In this document: positions 26,709-37,566 of the stretch, piece by piece | Layout of the letters: every line of letters begins with the position of its first letter | Numbering within the stretch: position 1 is the stretch's first letter | Source of the DNA: Ministeria vibrans ATCC 50519 | Lineage: Eukaryota; Protista; Filasterea | DNA length: 64,000 nucleotides | Direction of reading: 5' to 3' | Assembly (NCBI GenBank): GCA_943704425.1 | Contig: CALSCP010000307.1 | Location: 6,318-70,317, forward strand | Notes under the pieces: model-generated | Seen by the model: only the letters and a program-made list of their open reading frames with translations | The model's database searches: none | Told to the model about the DNA's origin: nothing | Made by a program: the position numbers and the translations under genes

Positions 26709-27174
26709 ATGACGTCTGCTAACCGTGCCTACCTCGAGGACAACGTTTTCCCCTCCCTTTTGCCAGCAATTGCGGAACTTCTCGCTCACGTCAAGTCGCT
26801 TCACGACGGCACCACGTTCCTCCCCAGCCCTCACCCGGTCTCTACAGAGCATCACCCACTCACTGTCGATGAATCCTTCAAGGAGAGTGCGGGGGATGCG
26901 CGCACGCCGGTGAGAAGCACGCGCAGAGTGTTGGTCGCCCTTGACAACGTCTTTTTTCACTCTATTAACGGACACCAATGCTCAGTTGAATACTAATACG
27001 GACACTAGTGCTGCTCCGTCCAATCATCATAAGAGGGGCAGAAACATCGAGTCAGATGCGGTGGCTGAGGATCAGGACGAAGTCATTGTCGTTCCCGCTG
27101 AATTTGACCCTGTCAATTACCTCGCTTTCTTGCTCATGCGCCAAAAACCCCCCAATGCTTCTCTCTCTTTGTGA
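26709..27174 (+). CDS. Small Dpy-30/EFCAB5/IQCK-like dimerisation-docking motif protein
   Basis: YLEDNVFPSLLPAIAELL ... FDPVNYLAFLLMRQKP, the two halves of a Dpy-30-type motif. Confidence 0.55.
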
Positions 27175-27215
27175 CGTTTGTGTAATCATGCTGTACAGTT
27201 CGTATCGTTCATTTG

Positions 27216-27972
27216 TTATTTATAAAACGGATTGATGGAGTGCCGACCGTAGTAATGAAAGTTGATGTCCGCAAAGCGAAAGAGAGCGGGAAGCACCGCC
27301 TGCGTGTAGTCCTTGAAAGGGTAGTCATGTATGTTGGCAGACCACATGACAATCTCGTGGTAGGCGTCAGCAGGACGAGCCGCGTCGTCGACGAGCAGAT
27401 GGTTCCCAAGCGACAGTGAGTGGCGTTGACGTACATGGATTCGCACTGCATGCGCAGCCTGGTACGACACCAACTGCGGCGCTTCGTATACGCCGGGCGA
27501 CTCCCTCGAGACCAAACTAATCTGTAAACATTAAAGTAAGACATGATCGTGTTTGTTTCTTTTCGCAAAATGTTGTTGTTGCGCTACCGATTCCGTGAAA
27601 GGGTTGCGGTTTAGGTATGGTCCGATGCCAACGAGGAACTGCGAGCGAACAAGCTTCGCCGAGACAATTTCGTCCACGGAGAGTGTTTGGGTGACGCAAA
27701 GGCGGTCGCGCACACTCAAGAAGCGCTGAAAGTGCGCCTGAATATGACCGTTGGCGGGCGTCGCGCTCTGCGGCGAATCAGTCTTGTGGGTGGGCCACTC
27801 GTTGCCACACAATGCTTCCAAAACCCCCGGAAGCATTTCGACGGCACGCGCCTCTATATTTCTGATGCGTTCCTGATCCTGCAATGAAAATGTAAGCGAT
27901 AACAACCGCAACGCCAGGCAAACTGGACAGTCAATGCTGTGTCTTCTCTCAGTCTCCTCATCTCGCCTGAGA

Positions 27973-28020
<48 letters not shown>

Positions 28021-28637
28021 GTCACTCTCAGTCTATATCTTGGTCTCTCTCAGTTCTCTCGTCCATCTCAGCTTCTTCATAACCGTTCTCTCTCTCTTGT
28101 CCACCTCGGTCTCTCCCGTCTATCTATGATCTCTCTCAGTCTCCCTCGTCCGTCTCAATCTCTCTCTGCCCGTACCCTTTTGTGTGCTTGGGTCCAGCGC
28201 ATCAGTGACGCGTACCGCTCCATGATGCGCTGCTTCAACGGTGGCTTGTGCACGTAGGAGAAGATGTCGTCGAGCTGAGCGGGGTTCCACACGGGCAGTC
28301 TGGTGCGAACCTCGTCCACAAGGTGGGCGTCGGCGTTGGCAAGCGCCTCCTGCGCCAGCCCCTCTGTCAGCTCGTCAAACTCAGCAAAGTGCTCCATGGT
28401 CGCTTTCGTTCGCTCATCCAAGTCAAACGCCTGTTGCAAAGAGAAAGCTGACCCGCTTGTTCTCACCAGAATGGACAGTGCCTTACCGATGATGCGGAGT
28501 GCATTCGAACGACAGAGGTTGTCAGCAGACGTTTCAAGTTCACACTCACATGTCTCCTCCACAGCATCATGGCACAGCGAAGCGACGTCAACGGTTGTCC
28601 CTGCAAAGCCAAGATCCTCCCTAGAATCAGTCTTCAA
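27216..28637 (-). CDS. Hypothetical protein, multi-exon; start uncertain
   Basis: Three GC-rich coding-like ORF segments (28155-28637, ~27590-27880, 27216-27520) joined by microsatellite-containing introns. No motif recognised. Confidence 0.5.
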
Positions 28638-28769
28638 TAGACACTAGGCCCAATAAACGATGAGAAAATGGTGCGTGTAAGACAAATTGATCAGTGACAT
28701 ATTTGAAAACGTCGTTTCACTCTTTTTTTTTTTCCTTCATATTTTTGACAAGTCTCAAAGAAAGAAGAA

Positions 28770-30971
28770 ATGTCAACGCGGAAACGACGTCGTTTGGGCT
28801 CGCGGGCAACACGTGCGTACTCGGCAACGTGTGGGGGCGAGGCGGAGGCGCAGGAGGAGCTGGCAGACGCCGAATGGATGCCCGATCGCGGTTCGCTGCA
28901 GTTTCGTCTGCGCGAAAAGGGTCAGCTCTGCGACGTGACCGTTGTGGTCGAGGGACAGAATTTCTTGTGCCATCGCATCGTGTTGGCCGGCGCAAGCGAA
29001 TACTTCCAAAAGTCGTTCACAGGCGACTTTGAAGATTCTCAGAAAACGTCGCTTGAACTCAACGACTTGACTGCCGCCACGTTCCACAGCCTCCTGCGCT
29101 TCATGTACACCGGTGCGTGCGACGTCAACTCCGAGACGGTTGCTGAAGTGCTTGCCGCCGCGGACCGGTACGTTGTGCTGCCGCTGCGCGACCTGTGCGG
29201 ACAGTACCTGGCGCGCCACCTCTGCATCGCCAACTGCAACACCGTCTGGTCCATTGCCGAGTCCACCGGCATGACCTCGCTCGTCAAAATGTGCCAGGAG
29301 AAGGCCTTGGAACTGTTTGGTGACCTCATCGTGCACGAGTCCTTCTTCTACATGGACGCAGAGCGTCTCGACTCGCTGTTGCGCAGTGACCAGCTCGATG
29401 CAGACGAAGAGTGCGTCTTCCTCGCCCTTGTCGCCTGGGCACGCTTCCATGACACCACCGCCTCGGGAGAACCCATTCCGTCGGCTGCCGCCTTGGCCGT
29501 CAGTGCCGTCTCCAACGTCAACGCACTTCACCAGGCTGCTGGTCCCGACCTCAATGTCGAACGCCTCCTTGAAGCGCCCATTTTCGACCGACCCGCCTTT
29601 ATGACGCCCACCAAGCCGGCTCTCCTCACTCGCTCCTCGGCTCTCAACACTCACACCTCTTTTAGCCCAAGTACAGCTTCAACCTCAACGGCAGCATTGC
29701 TAGCTTCTGCAGCCGAGCCAGCATCAGTCGAGGCGGACGACGATGTTCCCGTTGCCGGCAGTAACGCATGCAAAAACAACACCCAGCAGGACCAGTTACA
29801 ACAACAACAACAGCAACAACAACAACAGCAGCAACAGCAGCAGCAGCAGCAGTACCAATTCAATGACTCTAACTGTCCGGTGCTACCGGGTGCGCGCCTC
29901 AACGATCTCGATCAATTGTTGCCCCTGTTGCGCTTCCCACTGATGCGCTCAAAGTTTCTCACGCTCGTCGAGCGCTCGTCCACCTTCATGGACTGTCCCA
30001 TTGCCAAGGACCTTCTGCTTGAGGCCTACCGCTACCACGACTGCGGGCGGTGGAACCACGACCTGGCCTCGCCGCGCACCATCCGTCGCATGTATCAGTA
30101 CCAGTGGGTCTATGTGTTGGGCGGCGAAGACGACACCGACAGCAACTTTGCGACGGTGGAGCGTTTGAATCCACTCATTGGTACGTGGGAGCGTGTGGCG
30201 TCGCTAAAGACGGCACGGCATGGGTGTCGTGCTGCGGCCATTGGGCGCGATGTGTATGCGTTTGGGGGCCACAACGGCAAGGAATACCTCAGCTCGGTGG
30301 AGAAACTATCGCTGGGCGGCAGTGGCGCAGCGGAGTGGGCTGAGGTACGGCCAATGCTGGTGCGGCGGCACTCGTGTGCATCCGCCGTGCTCGATGGTCT
30401 GCTGTATGTCGTTGGTGGGGAGACAAATGATGGGCGCTTTGTGACGACAGGCGAGGTGTACTCGCCGCAGGAGAACACCTGGACGGCCATTGCCGACCTG
30501 GGCAAGGAGCGATGTAACTGCGCCGCAGCGGCACTCGATGGCTTTGTCTATGTCATTGGCGGTGAGGACAACACTGACTCGGCCTTGGACGTGGTACAGC
30601 GGTACAATCCGCGCACGAGCCGCTGGGAAGATATGCGGTCGATGCTGGTGCGTCGTGCCTACTCGGCGGCCGCCGTCGTCGATGGCTTCCTGTATGCCAT
30701 TGGCGGCGTCACCGGCAACGGCGACTCGGTGGCCACCGTTGAGCGCTACGACCCGCGTCTCAATACCTGGACCATGGTGGCACCGACCAATGTGTGTCGC
30801 AGTGGCTCTGCCGTCTGCGTGACCAACGGGGAAATTTACCTTTTTGGTGGTTACGACGGCAAGGCCTGTCTCAACTCTGTCGAGCGCTACAACGTCGCCC
30901 AGGACTCCTGGGAGCTCATTGCTTCCATGATGCAGATTCGAAATTTGTGTGGCGCGTGTGCGTGCCGTTAG
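28770..30971 (+). CDS. BTB-BACK-Kelch (Kelch-like) protein, 733 aa, single exon
   Basis: BTB LCDVTVVVEG..FLCHRIVLAGASEYF, BACK EECVFLALVAW..LRFPLM, six Kelch repeats (GG..VERY.P....W). Confidence 0.95.
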   Translation: MSTRKRRRLGSRATRAYSATCGGEAEAQEELADAEWMPDRGSLQFRLREKGQLCDVTVVVEGQNFLCHRIVLAGASEYFQKSFTGDFEDSQKTSLELNDLTAATFHSLLRFMYTGACDVNSETVAEVLAAADRYVVLPLRDLCGQYLARHLCIANCNTVWSIAESTGMTSLVKMCQEKALELFGDLIVHESFFYMDAERLDSLLRSDQLDADEECVFLALVAWARFHDTTASGEPIPSAAALAVSAVSNVNALHQAAGPDLNVERLLEAPIFDRPAFMTPTKPALLTRSSALNTHTSFSPSTASTSTAALLASAAEPASVEADDDVPVAGSNACKNNTQQDQLQQQQQQQQQQQQQQQQQQYQFNDSNCPVLPGARLNDLDQLLPLLRFPLMRSKFLTLVERSSTFMDCPIAKDLLLEAYRYHDCGRWNHDLASPRTIRRMYQYQWVYVLGGEDDTDSNFATVERLNPLIGTWERVASLKTARHGCRAAAIGRDVYAFGGHNGKEYLSSVEKLSLGGSGAAEWAEVRPMLVRRHSCASAVLDGLLYVVGGETNDGRFVTTGEVYSPQENTWTAIADLGKERCNCAAAALDGFVYVIGGEDNTDSALDVVQRYNPRTSRWEDMRSMLVRRAYSAAAVVDGFLYAIGGVTGNGDSVATVERYDPRLNTWTMVAPTNVCRSGSAVCVTNGEIYLFGGYDGKACLNSVERYNVAQDSWELIASMMQIRNLCGACACR

Positions 30972-31349
30972 CCGGGCGAAGTGATAATGTGAGTGAGAAA
31001 CATAAACACAAACAAGATCAATAAAAAAAATAGACAGGAAATTATAGATAATTATATAATCTTAGAAAGTGGTTCTGAGCTGTTTGTGTTGTCGCTTTTC
31101 GTTTGTGATTGAATTGTCTTCTTCTTCTATATTTTTTGAATCTTCGTACGCTTGCTGCGAAAGCGTATAGGTGGGTATATGGGTGCTACATCTTCTTCAC
31201 TTCTTGGGACTACCGGCTAGCCTATGGCGGAAGCATTGTATAACTCTTCATTGTATTATATTGAACCGTTTACTTGATCTTGATTTTCACGTTTTTTTTC
31301 TTCACTTTTTTGAGTTGAATAGTTTTTTATTTTCACTTGTAGACAGGAA

Positions 31350-32749
31350 ATGCTTCACAATCGGCCAAAGTATGGGAATGTCGCGATCGTTTGCGAGCGT
31401 GTACCTGTGACGCTGACACACACACCCAACCACACACACACACTCACCCTTCAGAAATGGCGCAACAGGCATTGATTGGGCGTCGGTCTCTCTGGCGCGG
31501 AAGCACCAGCGGCGAGTGTTCCACCTTGGTGGAGGGTTGCTGCCGAGACACGCAGTGTACATCCGAGAACTCTCGTTGGCCGATGGTGTACGAAAAGCGA
31601 TTCCATGCAAAAATATATTCGTTGACACTCTCTGTTCGCGCGCAGGCGTTGGGTTGCGCCATGTGGGACGGGGGAGTGGTGCTGACGCGCATTGTGTATG
31701 AGAACGCGCAGGTGTTTCGCGGGGCCCGTGTGCTTGAGCTGGGCAGTGGCTGCGGCCTTACCGGCCTGGTGTGTGCGCGCTTTGCCGAGTCCGTCGTGCT
31801 CACCGACTACATTGTCAAAGTGGTGGAGAACCTAGAGTACAATGTTGCACTCAACTCGCGCAACGACGACTCTGATTGCGACAGTGGCAGCGACAGCGAC
31901 GACGATGCCGTCAGCTATCCGTCCAGCGTCGATTCAGTGCCCTTTCGGAAACACATTGCCTCGGTAATACGCGTCGGGCCACTCGACTGGGATCGTGTAG
32001 GCGAAGAGGGCGATGGCGATGCAACGACGACACGACAAGTCGCATGTACAGCAGTCGCCCAGTCAACGCGCACCAGCAGCCAGCCGTGGCAGCACTGTGC
32101 AACCTGCTTCCCGTCAGACCCCGACTGCGGTTGCTGCGTTCCCTGTGCCACCTCATGTCACAGGTACTCCCTCCTTGCTCCTCCTGACACACATACATTG
32201 TGTATCATGTTTTCTCACATACGTCTTCTGCACAGTGGCCACACACTTGGCGAAGTACAGCATAGTCGCTTTCGCTGCGACTGCTACGAGTCTGACGCGT
32301 GCCATCTCAGTGCCCCTCCCAACATCACCCTTGCCCCCCACTCTGCCTCTGTTATCCTTGGTGCCGAGCTCATCTACTCACTCCTGGCCATTGACTCTCT
32401 TGTGCGCACCATCTCTCGCTTTCTCAGCCCCGATGGCATTTTTTACCATCTTCTGTCCCAAGATCGAGACGTAAGGCCACATTTTAATCCGAGGATTACC
32501 AGGAGCAAAACAACCATACCGTGTGTTTGTCTATTTGGGGTTGTTTAGGGTGTGTCGGCGTTTGTGGAGCGTATGAAACAAGAGGGTTTCATCGTGGAGA
32601 GTGCGCTGGTTCCCGGACGATTCACTGAGCACTTGGAGACTCGCAAGTGGCGCCACCAGAGCGACGAGGTGTATCGCCTTTGGTCCTTTCGTACAAGTCC
32701 CGATGCGCCCTTTCCAAGCCCTGAACGTATCCTTTCGAATGAGGACTGA
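31350..32749 (+). CDS. Class I SAM-dependent protein methyltransferase (METTL21/Methyltransf_16 family) with an inserted UBR-type zinc finger; start inferred
   Basis: GCAMWDGGVVL, RVLELGSGCGLTGL, VVLTDY...NLEYNV, LDW, VILGAELIY. A Cys/His-rich insert lies between LDW and VILGAELIY. Confidence 0.82.
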
Positions 32750-32824
32750 CACGATTCATTTTGTAAACAAACGACTTGTACATCAACAATTTACAATAGT
32801 CACTATTCAATAATATCATATTCT

Positions 32825-35146
32825 ATGGGCTTCTTTCGGGACATTCTCGTCTTGAAGTCTAGTGAGTGTACGGCGGAAGTTTTGTGCTGCTCTTTGTTTT
32901 GAATTTAGTTTTGTTTTAACATTAACTGCAGCTCTCGATTTTCTCTTATTTGATATTTCACAATTTTTACTTTGTTCTTGTTTGATTGACGATTACCCTT
33001 GGCTGGTCATGGAGGAATGCCTCCGCGTGCACCGGCACCCTCTGTTCCACGGTGCAGGGAGTGCGTCGGCCGGGGCACTGCTGCGCGACCGTCTCTGGCT
33101 GGACATCCTGGAACAGCTCATGCCTGCGGTACCCCCCCTCCCCCCATGCCGCACACGTCTTGCACCCTGCCCCGGCGTGTCCCCGCTGGCTCCCTGTGCG
33201 TTTGCACGAACCCTTATCCCATTCACAAGTCGTTTTCATTCGTCACCTTTCTTTCACCCACACTCACTCACTCACTCACTCACTCACTCACCCACTCACG
33301 CACACATGCACATGCATGCATTCTTCCAGGTCTACGAAGACATCCACGGGCACCTGTGCCCTGAGAGTGTTCCTCCCATCAACAAGGTACACCGCGCAAA
33401 CACGCACATTTCCATCGCAACTCATAACTGCTCTTTGCCGCCCCTCCTCTGCCCATCTAGCTGTTCCAAGCCTTTGAAAACAACCCTGTCATGGCCGCCT
33501 TTGTGGCCCTCTCGCAGTGGAACCGGCGACAAACGCACGACGAAGAGCTACCGGTATGAAGCGAGAGACTCCCTCTCCGCCCTCACTCCCGCTTGGCTTT
33601 GTGTAGGCCTTTGAATGGGATATTTTCATCCCTCGACGACTCGATCCCACCTCACGATACACAATTGCACAGTACGTTTGTTTTGTTTTGTACAAAAGAA
33701 ACGGAATACTACACATGTGTATGTAATGTGGATTTGTGTGTATGTGTGTGTGTGTGTAGAACGACCATCATTGCACACGGAAATTTCATCAACGCCTCCA
33801 TGGCATACGTTGGGCGCGACATGATCAACGTTGTCAGCAAACTGTCCTTCATCGATGGCGGCGGACTGTCTCCGCCCGCATGGATGGATGTGTACGCGCG
33901 TGCGTTGCTGCTGGGCACCGATCGCACGGTGCCGCCGACACAGTTCTCCATGGATGAGGCTGTTCAGCTGCACGCCGAGACCTTTCCTGGCGATCGCTTC
34001 CGTGTGGGCTTTGATGTCAAGCAAGCACAGCCAGAGTATGTACCATTCTTCTCCTCCCCCTCTCCCTCCGAATTGTACTAATTCTTTACCCTTTTTCCTG
34101 TTTGCGTAGACAAATCGACGAACTTCAGAGCGAACTCTCGGCACATGGAATCCAAGTGCGCCTCATCTCATGGTTTAAAAGCGCACAGCTGCGGCGTATA
34201 ACGCCGCGCGAGGGCACACGACGGTGTCGAGTGTTCCACTTTGCAAACGAGGCAGTGCGTGCGCTGAAGCGAGGAGAGTGGGTGGGAGACGCGGTCTTCT
34301 TCAATGGGGCGTCACTGATCAAGGAGCCGCTGGGAGTGGGGCGGGTGCTAGTGAAGCTCATGGGGGCGCTGACTGGTGGCGGCAGCAGCAGCAGCGGGGG
34401 TCGGAGGCGACGCAGGCGCAGCGGAGACCAGTCGAGCGATGTGTATGGCGATGACGATGGAGAGCAGGAGGAGGAGGAGGAGGAGGAGGAGGAGCAGGAG
34501 GAGCGTTATGGACTCGAGCTGGACAATATGAGCATTACTTCGTCGGTGCAGTCACAGACAGCAACCACGACCAACGCTGACGTTACTGTCACCACCACCG
34601 ATAGCAGCACTCTCTCCGACGTCTCCACTGCTTCCACCGCGACCTCCGCCTCGTCCGCGCGCTCATCCATTTTCGTTGAGCGCTACTCCCTCAACACCCC
34701 TGTAATTGCTGCACTCTCCGCCGCACTGCGCTCTTGGTCCAATGCGAACCCATCGGCCCTGCACCCGCCCGATGTGGGCATATACCTGCAAGAGGCTTCG
34801 CTCGACACGCACGCCTATCGACTCATTGCCGGTACTTTATCGACACGAGTCTTTTTTTTTCTCACTCACTCACTCAAACACCATAAAGACTCATACATGC
34901 ACGACAGACGCTGTTTCTTTCTTTCGCCTTTCTTTCGCACACTTACCTCCCTCTCTTTCTCTCTCTCTTTCTTCTCTTCCTCTGTTTTTTTCTCGGACGG
35001 GTTCGATATGTAGGGGCATGCAACCGTCACGCAGACATCATTACGCTGGGACTCTCGTGGGGCGGCGTCAACGGCCTCGTCGACGCTTCTCTCGTGCCCT
35101 CTCTCTTCTCGTCCACCACTGGCCGTGGCGTTCAGTGGTTTCTTGA
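32825..35146 (+). CDS. Hypothetical multi-exon protein with an acidic/low-complexity insertion; boundaries approximate
   Basis: Successive coding-like exons (WLVMEECLR; VYEDIHGH; TTIIAHGNF..FRVGFDVK; RVFHFAN..VFFNGASL; DVGIYLQE) bounded by GT-AG. Family not recognised. Confidence 0.5.
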
Positions 35147-35362
35147 CGCTCGTGTCCTCACTGGAAACCTCTTTACAGGCTCATCGAAGTAACAGAATAG
35201 TCACGCACATTTATCTTGCACAACACACTTGTTTAGTCAAATGATTTCTCACTTGTACTCTTATACACCAAAATGAATAATATAATGAATTCTGAGTGAA
35301 ACATTGTCACACATCATGAAATCATATATATATATATATATACGCACGCACACACAAACGAA

Positions 35363-37240
<1,878 letters not shown>

Positions 37241-37357
37241 CGGAATGACAATTAAGAAAAATATGATTGTTTCAATTTTTGTTAAATGGGATCTCTCGGA
37301 AATGAGAAGGATGTGTGATTTAATTATTGTAAAAAAAGTTTAACTTTTTTTTTTGAG

Positions 37358-37524
37358 ATGAGTGTCTCTCCCAAGGAGCTCCAGGCATTGCTGCCGCTAC
37401 TATCGTCGCCGGGAAGCAAGCTGGAAGAGATTTCTCAGTTGTTCGACAAAACCTTTTCTCGCTCAGATCACTTTCGTCTCTGTTGTGCATTGGTGCGGAA
37501 ACGAGCGCAACAAACAGTCCCCAC

Positions 37525-37566
<42 letters not shown>

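Noticed and set aside
31145-31240. Small hairpin TACGCTT…AAGCGTA in the Kelch/methyltransferase spacer
   Set aside because: A single 7-bp stem is expected by chance, and no ncRNA family is recognisable.
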